Below, one piece after another: positions 31,301 through 46,300 of a stretch of DNA of 64,000 bases (the stretch's first letter is position 1; each line of letters starts with the position of its first letter). The stretch lies in NCBI GenBank assembly GCA_000165345.1, contig CM000432.1, forward strand, positions 640,001 to 704,000, in the 5' to 3' direction. Below the pieces are notes generated by a model. That model worked only from the letters and a program-made list of their open reading frames with translations. It had not been told where the DNA came from and searched no databases. The position numbers and the translations under genes were made by a program.

Positions 31301-34300
31301 GACTTTAACACTCCACTAATTGAATTAGGACTCGACTCTTTATCCGCAGTTGAAGTTAGAAATGCAATTTCTAACGAATTAAATATCGTTTTACCAATTA
31401 CCACATTATTTGATTATCCAACCATAAATTCGTTATCAGATTTTATACTAAACATTTCAAATACATCAACAAATATCTTATTACCAAAAACAAATAAAGA
31501 CAATATTGGATTAATTATTTCTCAAAATATCCCATCACTAAAAAATATTATTTTCTCTCAAGATAATAAATCTAAAAATCTAACTTCAAAACTATCAATT
31601 ACTGGAATTGGCTGTAGGCTACCTGGAAATACAAATTCCCCAATTGAATTTTGGGAAAGAACTTTGCTTTCTATGCAAACCTGGTCATCAGAAGTTCCAT
31701 TAAGTAGGTTTGATATTGATGAATTTTATTTAAATATAGATGATTATAAAAATATTAACTACTTATCAAAAAATCTAACTTATTCAAGGCATGGGACATT
31801 TATCGAAAGTATTGATTTATTTGATAATGATTATTTTAATATTACAACTTATGAATCTTCAACTATGGACCCACAGCAAAGAATATTATTGGAAACCACA
31901 AGCGATGCATTACATAGCTCAGGATATAACCCAAAGAATATTTCCAACTCAAATATTGGTGTATTTGTAGGATGTTGTGGGACTGACTGGAACTATCTTT
32001 CCACGAAATTAAATATGACAGCAACTTCATTTACAGCAACAGGCGCAGCTGCTTCAATTATCTCGAATAGACTTTCATTTATCTATGGCATTAAAGGACC
32101 CTCTGTAACAATTGATACTGCATGTTCGTCTTCATTAGTTGCATTAGATATTGCAAAAAAAGATATTAATTTTGGTAATATAGAAACAGCAATTGTAGCA
32201 GGCGTGCAGCTTTTATTATCTCCCTTGTATTATATAGTTTTTTCCAAAGCTAATATGCTTAGTCCTAGGGGAGAATGTAGAGCATTTGATGAATTATCTG
32301 ATGGATTCTTAAGAGGAGAGGGTTGTATATCATTGATAATAGAAAACCATTTAAAATCCTTTGGAAAAAAAATATATGGTCGAATTTGTGGTACAGCTGT
32401 AAATCAGGACGGAAAAAGTGCGAGCTTAACTGCCCCGAATGGACCTTCTCAAAAACGTGTAATTATTAATGCAATTGAAGATTCTTGCATTTCGAATAAT
32501 GATATATTTTATATAGAATCTCATGGAACTGGAACACCTTTAGGGGATCCAATAGAATTCGGTGCAATATCAGATGTTTTTAAAAATAGGGCAAATAAGC
32601 TTTACATTGGAACTCTAAAACCTAATATTGGTCACTTAGAAGGTGCTTCTGGAGTTGCTGGAATTTTGAAAGCTATATTAGTAGTTAATAATGGAGTAAT
32701 TCCTCCGAATATTTTAATAAATAAGTTAAATTCAGGTTTATGTTTTGATGATTCTAATATGAACATAGTATTTCCTACAAATAAAGTTGAAACCAATTCA
32801 AAAAGTTTAATTGCAGGAGTATCATCATTTGGATTTGGTGGAACAAATTCTCATATAATTGTAGAAACAGGTGACAGTGTGAATTCATGGGAATTACCTA
32901 GAATAGATTTCAAAAGAAAAAAATTTCCATGGATTACTCCAGCACATCCATATATTGGACCAAAAATCTCAGGATCTGATAATCTGTCTCACCCATCAGA
33001 ATTAGGTCTTATAATTGATGAAATGAGTAATATTACAAATATTAAAAAACCTGACTCAAATATAACCAGATTTGTAAGAAATGTTGGTGAAAATGTGTTC
33101 TCATCAATAGTTGGTCATGTGATACAAGGAAAGATTATTTTTCCTGGATCTGCATTTATTGAAATGTCAATAGGTGGACTCATTAATTACTCTATTCGGA
33201 GTGGAATTAAAGATGTAAGCTTACTTACTATTAGCAATATTCAATTCATTAAGCCTCTAATTTTCCCAAATGAATTAGGACGGAATCCTCAAGGAAAATT
33301 AATATGTGACATTTCTCCATATGAAAATAATAATAGGAAATTAAATATACGTATTTCAACATCAGGAATTGAATATGGTATTGACGAAATGATCTATCAT
33401 TCAACATTTACTGCAGAAATTAGTAATGATGACAATTTGAAGCTTTCTGATGAGACAATAAACTTTGATAAATGCTCAAATTTTAATTCTGATCAATTTT
33501 ATTCAGAATTAAATGAAATAGGGCTAAATTATTCTGAAAAATATAAATCTATTAGAAAAATATATAAAAACAAGACTGAGATATTTGGAATTATTGAAAT
33601 TGATTCTTTAAATCGAGAAATTGATACATTTTTCTTACATCCTTCATTATTAGATGGATGTTTTCAATTATTCGCTTTATTTATTGAAAATCATGAAAAT
33701 AAAGCCAATAAACCATTTATTCCTGTGAGTATTGAAGAAATGATATTTAAACCAATTTTCAATAATAATAAATATATTGTTCCTTATAACTCATTAACTA
33801 ACTTGAAATTTATTCATCCAATAAATAGATTATTTGCTTGCATTAAAAACAAAAAAATACTAAATAGCGAAGGAATAAAAGTAGACATAAATATATATAT
33901 TAGAGACGAAGGAACTGATGGGTTAATACAAATATGTGAAATTAGAAATCTGCACTTCAGAGAATTGATTCCGATGAAAACCATAAACTATCTCCCAATA
34001 AAAGATCATTACTCATGGATATCTACTTATAGAGAATTAGAACACAAATTTGATAATGATGAAGAATTAAATAAGCTAAAGTTTCTTTTTACATCTTTAG
34101 AAGTGAATAAATTATCACTCGAACAGTTTGATTACTTTGATAACAATAAAATTCTGAATTTGATTCAAGAAAATATTTTTTCCTTCAGTACTATACCTGT
34201 ATATATTACAAGCACAAACGAAAAAGATTCATATAAAGAGCTTATTTCTATACAAAGAACTCTTCAAAACATTTATAAAAATATTGATTCATATAATAAA

Positions 34301-37300
34301 TTAACAATTATTTTTGTCACTATCGGTGCGAACTTATTATGTGGCAAAAATACTTTATCATCTCACTTTCAATCATCTTTACTTTCATATTTAAGGTCTG
34401 CGAGCAACGAATTCAATCAATTAGGAAAAATAAGTTTGATTATTGTTGATTGGAATAGTATTTCAAACCTAAAAATTAACAAAAACTTTTGCCAAATATT
34501 GAAATTGATATATAACAATGTTATAAATAAAAAATGGTTTGAAAAAGAATATCAGTTACTAGAGTACAATAATGAAATTAAAATCAAAACTATTAAAATA
34601 AAAGAGTCAATTAGTCCATATAATAATTATATGGCTTTAAAACTTACAAATAGAGGAGCAATATCGAATATTATAACCAATTTACAGAAGTTTAGGGTTG
34701 TTCCTATGGAAGGGGAGGTGGAAATAAGAATAAGAGCAATTGGCCTGAATTTCAGAGATGTTTTAAATGTTATGGGATTATATCCTGGCGATCCTGGAAA
34801 ACCAGGGAGTGATTTTTCGGGTACAGTAGTATCTGTAGGGCCTGGAGTGAAAAATATTCAAGTTGGTGACGATGTATTTGGTCTTTCTCAGGGTTGTATT
34901 GAAACATATCATACTACAAATGCTTTGTTGGTTGCGAAAAAACCTAAATTATTAACATTTGAAGAGGCTGCATCAATCCCAACGATTTTTTCAACAGTAA
35001 AAGTTTCTTTAAACCAGTATTCAAAACTAAAAAAAGGTGATTGCGTTCTAATTCATGTTGCTTCCGGTGGAGTTGGATTAGCTGCAATACAAATTTGTTC
35101 TAGAATTGGTGCAAACATCATTGCTACAGTTGGAAGCATTAAAAAGGTTGAATATCTCAAATCTATTGGGATTAAATTTGTTTCAAGCAGCAGAGATTAT
35201 ACAAAATTCTCTCAAGATATGAAATATTTTATGAGTGAATTGAATATTGATGGTGTTGATATTGTTATAAATAGCTTAGTAGGAGAATTTATTCCGTTGT
35301 CAATGAAATTTTTAAAAAGAAATGGAACTTTTATTGAACTTGGAAAACGTGAAATATTAAGTGAAAATCAATTAAAAGAAATTAGGACAGACATCAATTA
35401 TCAAACTGTTGAATTTGACAAGTTGGTTGAAAATGACATTGTTTGGTTCCAAAATCTATTACAAGAGATAATGATAGATATAAATAAAGGAAAAATCCAA
35501 CCAATACCAACTAAAGTATTTAGTATTCAAGATAAATCAGGAATAATTGACGGATTTAGATATATACAACATGCTAGCCACATAGGGAAGGTTATACTGT
35601 CAAATCCAAGCACTTCAATTTGCTCATACAGTAAAGATGCATACATTATTACCGGTGGGATGGGCTCACTTGGTTTGGTTGTTGCAAATTGGTTAGTTGA
35701 AGAAGGAACGAAAAATATTATATTAATGGGTAGGAGTTCAATAGATTTTGAAAATAAATTTGCAATCAAGCTATTAGAGTTAAGTGAGAAGGGAAAAATA
35801 AACTTGGAAATGCTTAAATGCAATATTTGTGATTTAAATTCACTATTTAATATTATTAATAAAATTAAAGGAAAATATAATATTAGAGCAATCATTCATG
35901 CTGCAGGCGTGCTTAATGACGGGAGCATACTTTCGCAAACTGATTCAACTTTCCTGAGTACATTTCTTCCAAAATCTATCGGGGCTTGGAATATTCATTA
36001 CATTACAACTTCCTTACTAGAGCATATTCCACTTTTAATTATGTTTTCATCAATATCAGCACTGATAGGAAACAATGGTCAGACTAATTATTCTGCAGCT
36101 AATGGCAATATTGATTATTTATCAGAGATACGCTCTCAACTTGGAATGAAATCAATCAGTATTCAATGGGGTCCTTGGGGTGAACAAGGCATGGCAAAAG
36201 AAAACTTAAATTTAAAAATGTTAAAAGCAATTGGACTAGTTCCAATAAAAAATTCCTTAGGTCTTATCTCACTAGGAGGAATAATTTCTAATTGTATGAT
36301 AAACAAAGTTAATAAATATATTGTACAACCATTAGATCCTTTGGTCGTAAAAAATAATGCATTAACACACATTTTCAGTGAAATTGAATCAGAAGTACAA
36401 GAAACAAGAAATGGATATCTCTTTTCGACAATGAACTCGGAAGAATTACATTTATTCGTGCTTTCAAGTATTAAAGAAGCAATTTCAGATGCAATTGGAA
36501 TTGATGTTAATCTTATTGATTCAGAATTGCCATTTAAAGACCTGGGAATCGATTCTTTGTCTGCAGTAGAATTAAGAAATACTCTAACTTCAAAATTTGA
36601 AGTTAATCTTCCTCCAACTATAATAATTGACTATCCAACAATTTCAGAACTTTGCAAATATATAGAGATGATTATTGGAAAGAAAAATGTTAAGGAATTT
36701 GATAATAAAAATATAATACATTCTAATTTTAAGAAAAGTGATATTTTTATATCAGGAATTGGAATCAGAGTCCCCGGGGATGCAAGTTCAGTTTTTAAAT
36801 TCTGGAAAAACATGACTAGTCTGGTAACCTGTATATCTGAAATCCCTTATGAAAGATGGGATGTTGATAAGTTATTTGGAGATTACAATGACAAAAATGC
36901 AACATATTATACAAGAAAGGGAGGATTTATTTCTATCGTTGATATTTTCGACTACTCTAAATATCAAATATCGAAAGAGGAAGCAATTCAAATGGATCCT
37001 AATCAAAGGATAGCTTTAGATACTTGTTTTTCTGCATTATCGGATGCAGAGATTGAAATTAAAGATTTATTCAATACAAATGTGGGTGTATTTGCAGGGA
37101 TGTGTAATGATGAATGGGCAATACTTTCATCTAAAAGAAATTATTGTAATGCATTTTCAGGAACAGGAAATGCAAAATCAATCATTTCAAATAGAATCTC
37201 TTATGTGTTTGGACTAAAAGGTCCGTCAATAACTATTGATGCGGCATGCGCTTCTTCATTAATTGCAATTGATCAGGCCATAAAATCATTGAAAAATAAC

Positions 37301-40300
37301 GAATGTAATATGGCCATTGCATTTGGAGTACAATTGAATTTATCTCCGAACAATTTTATTGTATTTAGCAAAGCAAAAATGTTGTCCAAAAATTCTGAAT
37401 GTAGAAGTTTTGACAAAGATGCGGATGGATTTGTAAGAGGAGAAGGGTGCGGAGCTATTGTACTATCGAACAATAATATTAAAATTAAAAAAAAATGGGG
37501 AAGGATATTAGGATCATCTACAAACCACAGCGGAAGATCAATTTCCTTAACAGCCCCAAATGGAGTTGCACAGCAAAAAGTTCTTTCCACCGCACTAAAT
37601 ATTGCTCGGGAAGAAAATAAATCCGATATTAGGCCTGGATATATAGAATGCCATGGTACTGGAACATTACTTGGAGACGCAGTTGAATTTGGTGCAATTA
37701 AAGAAGTATATAAAGATATGTACAAAATTATCGATAGTAACATCGACTCTCCACTTATTTTAAGTACAGTAAAGCCACAAATTGGACATTTGGAGGGTGC
37801 TGCAGGAATTGTTGGATTTATCAGACTTCTAGTAGTTTTATCATTTGGAGCAGTTCCAGCACTGTTAAATTATAAAAACATCAATCCACATATTGAAGTT
37901 GAAGATTTCAATATCGTTTTCCCTAATAATTCAACGTGGAAATTAAATAAAAATGTGGGAGGAGTTTCTTCATTCGGATTTGGTGGTGCAAATTGTCATA
38001 TATTAGTAGAGGGAGTTAAACAAAAGAATCCACTAATCAAAGATAATGAAAAATTGATATTTATGTTTACAGGGCAAGGATCTCATTACGATAAGATGGG
38101 TATTGAATATTATAATTCTAATGAAATATTTAGGAAATCAATAGATGAATGTTCAGATTTTCTGGACAAATTCCTCGATATTCCATTGAAAGAAGCAATG
38201 TTTATAGAAGGAGCCAAAGAAAAAATTAATATTGATGTTGAAATTTATAATCAACTTTCAATAGTTTCAATTGAATATGCTGAAATGATGTTATTAAGAA
38301 GTATTGGAATTTTTCCAGACATTATTTTTGGTCATTCTTTGGGCGAATATTTAGTGGCTGTTGCGGCTGGAGTAATGACAATTGAAATTGCATTGGAAAT
38401 AATATATCGAAGAGGTATAGTTATCTCTAAATTTGGAAAAAAAGGGATTATGGTAGCAGTAAGACGTTCTGAAGAACAAATTAAAAAAGCTATAAAACAA
38501 TTTGAAAATAGTCTTTCTCAAGAGCAAAAACTGAAAATAAGTCTTGGATTAATAAATGCTCCAAAAAATTGCATTATTAGTGGAGAAGAAAATCAAGTAA
38601 TGGCAGTATTAGAATTATTGGATTCCAGTAAGTCATATAAAAAACTTCCAGTTTCATATGCATTTCATTCAGTAATGTTTTCTGAGATAAGCAACATTTT
38701 ACATGAAGAAATAAAAAATAAAAACCTTAATTATATAGATAAAAAAGTCATAGTTTTTTCATCAATTTTGGGTTTAATGGTTAAAGATGAAATGTCAAAT
38801 TTAAACTATTGGTCAAGCCAGTTATTTAAACCTGTCAATTTTTATTCGATGATTAAAAATTTAGAAGAATTCATTATAAAAAATGAAATTAAAGTGAAGA
38901 ACATAATAGAGATTGGTCCAACTTCGTTGTTAACTCCGCTTTTAAAAGCTTCTTCAAAAGGGATATTAAACAACGCAAAGTTTTATTCCTTGATGAAAAA
39001 AGACTCGAATGTTAATCCAACTGAAGTTCTAGAAAATATTTGTTCTAATGTTAATATAAAAATCGCTAATAGATCTTCAAATGAAAATAATTTACCAAAA
39101 ATTGATTATCACCTAAAATGGAATGAAATATCACATCCATTTTTATTAAAAAGAATGCTTTCACCAATAATTAATTTAAATAAAATAGTTAAAGATTTAA
39201 GCTTTGTTTATGCGACTCCTTTGACGGAAAAAATATCTAAATTTTTCCACGGATATAAAAGAAATGGTGCATTCGTTATGCCAGAGATAGCCTTAATCGA
39301 AGTAATTTCAGCTGCAATAAACGATATTAATTCTCAAATTAGTATGATCGATAATGGGTTTTTATCGGTTGAGTCGAATGTTCCGATTTTCCAGCTTGAA
39401 AAAATCCATTTTGGAATTCCATGGGAATTTAGAACTTACAAAACTCAAGATGATAGACCTACGCTGATTTTTACCTTAGATTCTCGTAGAAATATTTCAA
39501 TTAGTTCAAATAAAGGAGGCCACATTAATGCAGATTTAAAAAAGAACTCAATACATCACCTGGATGCAAAATTAAATGTTTATTTCCCTGAGAATAAAAG
39601 AGAGTCAATTAAATTCCCAATACATGCTTTAGAAAATTCTGAAGCTTTATTATTTGAAGAAATTTACGGGCCAATAATTAAAGGATCTTTCCCAGTTATA
39701 AATTCAAGTAAATGCATTCGAAAGATAGTATTAAAAGAAAATGAATCATTTTCAATTTTAAAATTAAATTTCGATATGGAAACAGACTTAGAACCATCTG
39801 GAATTAATATGGGGTTATTTTATTCTATTGACAGATTTATGAATGTTCATCCAATGATACTTGAGTCATCAATTCACACAATTATGTTGGCTGCAATAAA
39901 AAATAATAAACATTTTGATTTATATTTTCCTACTAAAATTGACCTACTTAATATATCTAGCATTGATTTTACAAGGAATGTCTATGTTCATTCTGTTATT
40001 AGAGAACAAAATGAAGAATATATATTGGGAGATATATTGATTTATCATGAAAATCAATTTGATTTTCCTATTGTTGAAATAAGAAAAATTAGACTCGAAA
40101 AACTTAATTTCGAAAATAAAATACCTTTACTTTTAAATCAAGAATATGCATTTTTAAAAGAAGAATGGGAATTGCAAAATAATAATGAGCAAAATCATTA
40201 TGATAAAATCATTATATTTGGTTGTTCAAAAACATTTGATTTGTTTAAAAAAAACCTGGCCCAGAATATTTATTTTGTTGAAAATGAGAAAGATCTTCTG

Positions 40301-43300
40301 ACATATCTAAATTCAATCTCATCCTCAAAAATTTTAATTATAAACACATTTTTCCGAAGCGGAACTAAGTTTGAAGTTATTAGCAATGAAATTGAACTAA
40401 TTAAAGAAATAATTATTTCAAATGATAATTTCCAAAAAAAACAGAATAATTTTATCACGTGGTGGATAGTAACTAAGGGAGTAGTACTATTTAGAAATAA
40501 TCAAAGTATTAATAACTCAATCTGGAAAAAAATCAAAGAAATAAAGGAAAAAATGAGAGATTATTGCAGGGTATTTATGACAGATACAGACGATATTTAC
40601 TCAATTAATAATATAATTAGTTATCAAAAAACAGATGAATGTTGCTACAGGAATGGAGCTATTTACTTTTTAACGTTAAATTGTAAACAGTTAATTAATC
40701 ATAGGGTTTTTGATTTACGGAAAAATAAGAATCTGTCCATAGAAATAATTATGGTTGAAAATATAATAAATGAAAGCTTCAAATTCTTAGGAAAAGTTGT
40801 TTATTCTTGTAATACAAATATTTTGGGTCAGTACGTAATTATCGAGAATAATAATGATATTCAACACGAGATAAAAATAGGTGATTTAGTTATCACTGAA
40901 GTTGATAATAAATATTTGATTGGAATCGATGATTATAATTATTTTGGTCTAAGAAGCAATGTTGCACTTCCAAAAATTCAATATATTTTTGATAAAATTC
41001 CATTTAATTTGTTTGAAAATATAGTTATTAAAATTTCTAATAAAAACAAATTAGTAAAAATATATGAAATATGTTTCAGTATAATAATTAATGTATTAAA
41101 GCTAAATTCAGTGAACAAATCAAGAAAAATAACAGTAATTGGTAATTATGATGAGAAATTTTCGAAAATAATTCTATCTTTGGGTTGCAAATTAAATATT
41201 GATAATTTATCTAAGCCAGATTGTTTAATACAAATAGGTGAAGAAACCAAATTATTTAATATTAATCAAGATCCAATTGCTAAATTTAGAATTGGAATTA
41301 ATCATGAAGTTATAAATGAATGCAATAATGAAACTATACTTAATCCTAATTATCAAGAATCTAATCAACTTAAATTAGAGTTATCAAATCCTTATTTAAA
41401 TAAAACAGAAAAAATTAACTTTGTTAATAAGTTTGGATTAATACTAATTACAGGAGAAATGAAAAACATTACTTTGATAATAAACTGTTTATTTGCTTTG
41501 GGTTACAAAAAAATTGCATTAGTTAAAATGGACAATAATGCTCTTTCTGAAAAAATTTCTGAATTCGGAGAAAGTATTAAACTATTTAACTGTTTACCTA
41601 ACAAGGTTTCGATAAACAATTGTTTTAATAAAATTATTTCCGAATATCAAAATTTGGAAATAACTGGTTATATCCACTTAAGCTCTATTGAAATACTTAA
41701 AACAGATCAAGAAAAAGTGAATAATTATTCGCTAATTCCCTGGAATATCCACAATTTAGTTACAAAAAAAGGATATAATCTAACATTTTTCGTGATAATT
41801 TCAGGTATTTTTGGGCAACTTGATCAATTAAAATTTGGAATTGCTGAAAATTTATTTGAAAACCTAACATACCATAGAAACGAATTATTAAAACTTCCTT
41901 CAACTTATATTCTGGATAACAAAATTGTAAATTATATTGGAGGCAATAAAAGTTCATTATTTTCTATTGAAAATTATATTAATAAAATACCATTATTTAC
42001 AAATCTATTCAGTGAAATAATTAATAGTAAATTAAATGGAACTATAGTCCCCATTGAAATTGATGAAGAAGTTATTAATCAATTATCTAAAAATAGTACT
42101 GAAAAATCTAAGAAACTTTATTTTAAATTTGTTGAAAAAATATCTAGGAAAAATTTCAATAATATCAAATATGTTAAATTTTCAAATAATTTGTCTAAAA
42201 GAAAAAAGTTGATCGAAGAAATGGTATTAAAATCAGTAAATTCATTAATTCCAGAAAATAAGAAGTATAGCATGGATGATTCATTATTATCGATTGGTAT
42301 TTCTTCATTAAGTGCTATAGAACTTGTAAATAAATTGTCTTCAGAATTTAACTATGAAATATCACCATCTTTACTTTACGAACACCCTTCTATTAATTCA
42401 ATTATTAATTACTTGTTAAGTTTAAGTCATCATTTTGACGAAAATATTGAATATTTTGATGACAAAATAAATAGTGAAATTATTGAGAAAAATACTCTGC
42501 TAAATATTAACAACTACTTCATAAATCCTGAAATATTGGTTTCTTCAGTCAATAATGATTTAGATTTAAACTCCAGAATGTGTATTGTTGGTATGGCAAA
42601 CAACATCCCTGTTGCAGGTGCCTCAGTAGGTTTATTTTGGCATCTATTGAAAGAAAATAAAGATTTTGTAATAGAGGCACCAATAAATAGAATTGATTGG
42701 GGAGATTCTTTAAATACTGATCAATCAATTATTGGAAAAAGCTATTGTAATCATGGAACATTTATAGAAAATGCACATCTATTTGATAATGAATTCTTTA
42801 AAATAAATGAATATGAAGTTTTACAGATGGACCCACAACAAAGATTAATATTGGAAGTTTGTTTTGATGCATTACATGTTTCAGGATATAAAAATTTAAA
42901 TGAAATGACCAATTTAAATTTTGGGGTTTTTATTGGTAGTTGTACAAATGATTGGTTGGAAAAATTGTCTGACTTAGATTCCATAAATGCATATTCAGGT
43001 ACTGGGTTTTCGTCATCACTAATATCTAATAGGGTTTCCTATTCTTTTGGTTTAACTGGACCATCATTAACTATTGATACTGCATGCTCATCTTCACTTG
43101 TTTCTCTAAATATTGCAGTCCAAAATATAGAAAAAAAACAATGTAATGGTGCAGTTGTAGCAGGAGTGCAAATGACATTAAACAAGACGACATTTATTGT
43201 TTTTTCTAAATCGATGATGTTATCTAAAGATGGAAGATGCAAATCATTCGACTATTCTGCAGATGGCTTTGGAATTGGAGAAGGGGTTGCTGCAATAGTA

Positions 43301-46300
43301 ATTTTGCCTAAAAAAGAATGTGAGAGGAAAAATAAAAAAGTACTTGCCTATATTTCAGGTTCATCTGTAAATCAAGACGGAAAATCTGCAACACTAACTG
43401 CTCCAAGCAAGAATTCCCAAGTTAAATGCATTAACTTGGCTCTTTCTAGTATGGAACATATTCATCCTTCAATGGTAACGATAGTAGAGGCTCATGGAAC
43501 TGGTACATTAATTGGAGATTCCATTGAAGTAAGTGCATTATACGAAGCGTACTGTTCTTCTGAAAGAAAATCGAAATTAATGATAGGAAGTGGCAAATCA
43601 AATTTTGCACACACTTTTGCAGCTTCTGGAATAATTGGATTAATTAAATTAGTTTTAAGTCTCCATAATTCTATGATTATTGGGAATATACATTTAAAAC
43701 AACTAAATCCATATATTGTTCATTACGAAAAACTAATAATTCCAAAAATAAACACATTAATTCCAATTGAAAGTGAAGTAGCTTTTGGGTCAGTTTCATC
43801 ATTTGGATTTGGTGGTACAAATTCTCACGTTATAGTTGGTGTGGAAAAAAGTGATTTTGATATAATTTCATATATTCAAAAGTCTAAATTTAATAATTTT
43901 AAGAGAAAATCATTTGAATGGAAAAATTTTCCAATTTACGATTCAAATAAACCAATTATTGTATATACAAAAAATAGTTCAGGAATTTTTGAAAAATGTG
44001 ATTCAATATTATTAAATAACTTTAACCCAAATATTGAAAACATATTTAGAGAGTTTTTTAATCTCGCCAACAAGTTACAGAATAACAATGAATTTGGTGT
44101 CAGAATAACCAGGTTTAGGCACTATGGTCGAGAAAAAAATGATTTATATTTATTAACTTATGAAAATTGCAAAGACAAGTATCATGTATCTCTATGGTCT
44201 ATTGAATATAAATTAATTAGAGAAAAAGAGATATTTTTGGATATTTTCTCTCGAGGAATTTCAATTATTTCGGAATGCATTGTAGAAAAAGACTATAGAT
44301 TTGAATATTATTTATTGGAACAAAATATTGATATCAAAAAAGATAATCTAGCTATTTCTTTGGATAATACAAATGTAAATGATATTATACAGGAGAAATT
44401 ATCGATAACATCATCGAATAATATAATCGACCAAATTCTTAATCGCATTTCAGAGTTTATTGATATAAATTATTATAGTATATCCGAAGTAATATCGTTT
44501 GTTAATATTCTGGATTTTTTAAATAGTAAGAATATTGAATTATTGTACCAAGTAAATACAAAATCTAAAAATAATAAAGTTCCCATTCGTTTATATTCTC
44601 AATACTTACAAGAACAACTAATTGAAGACGTTTATTCTGTTAAAAAATCATGGAGATGCATATTAGAAATAAATTTATTACAACAACCTCCAGTTATTAA
44701 CCCATTTTCCAACCTGCTAGAAACAGCTTCGAGAAAAATTCCGGGAAGCAAAGAAATTGAAATAATCATTAATGCATTTTCTATTACAGAATGTTTTGGA
44801 GAAAAAATATTTGGGATCTCTGGAACTATAGTATCAAAAGGAAACGAAGTTTCCGATTGGAAAATTGGAGATAATATTATTGGAATTGTTGAAAGTAAAA
44901 TAAATCAATTCATTACAACTTCAAACCTAGTTTTCAGAAAACCGTCATTTTTATCTCATGAAGAGTCAGCATTACTTTTGTTACATAGCCCTGTAACTGA
45001 AGAAATTATTAGAAGAATTTCTGAATTGAAAAGGCAAAACTGTATATTAATATTCTCAAAGTTAAATGGAGTTTTTCTAACAGTAATAAATTACTTATTA
45101 TACTCTGAGTTAAACTTTACTGTAGTAATTAGCGAAAAGAATGTATATAACTTTTTATTATCTATTGGGGTCAAAAAAATTGTTATGAAAGATAATATTG
45201 ATATTATCAAATCTTCAACAGACAACTCTTATCCAGATTTATTGATTACTGATGAAGTTTTAAATTTAGACCTAATAAATATAATGGATAATAATGGAAA
45301 AATTATATCAATTAATTCAAAAAACATAAATTATTGGAATGAAATTGAAAGGAAAAATATTACATACGAGAATATTTCCATCATTGACATACTTAGTAAA
45401 AAGAATATGGATCAAAATTTCGATATAAATCGATTAAAAAAAGAAAATATTTTCAATTTTCCGATTTTAATTCAAGAATATAATTTTGATAATTTAATGA
45501 TAAATAATTGTAAAAACTATAATTATTTGGGTGAAATCGTATATTCATTAAGATCTAATTTATCAGAAAATATATTTTCTTTCAGCAAGGAATTATTTAC
45601 TTCATTTAAAAACAATGAAATGAACGCGTCACGACATAATTTACGTAATTTTATTATCAACAAATTATTAAACAATTATTCTAATACTATAATAATTGAT
45701 GGAGATTATTTTTCAATAGAAGATGCTTGGGAAATTTATTATTTAATTACATTTATTCAACTAAGCTTCAGGGAAATCTTTATCATATTTTCCCAAAATA
45801 ATAAAAATATAGAATACAAATATTTAGCAAAGAAAATTATAGAAAATGGATTCAAAGCAATGATTGAATTAAAAAATTTCGATCAAATAGACAAATTTAA
45901 TTCAATAAATATTCCTATCTTTATAGACTTTAAATTGGGAGGTTTTAATAGGTTATTGAATAATGATCTAGTTTGTTCTAAAAAAGAAAATGGATCCATT
46001 AAATTTAACATAATTTCAGAAAGAATCAAAAATATAATATTAAATATCATTAAAATTGATAGTAAAAACCCTATTGAAGAAAAGAAACTATTTGACACTC
46101 CAATTCGTGAACTTGGTGTTGATTCGCTTGAGATTACTGAATTAAGAAGTATTCTATCCAAAGAGTTCGAAATTAAACTGCCAATTTCTGTATTATTTGA
46201 TTATCCTACGCTTAACGAATTAATTGGATATATAGAGAATAATTCATCAAAAGAAATTAAAATAAATAAAACTGATTTAAAAATAAACTTTGATGGAATG

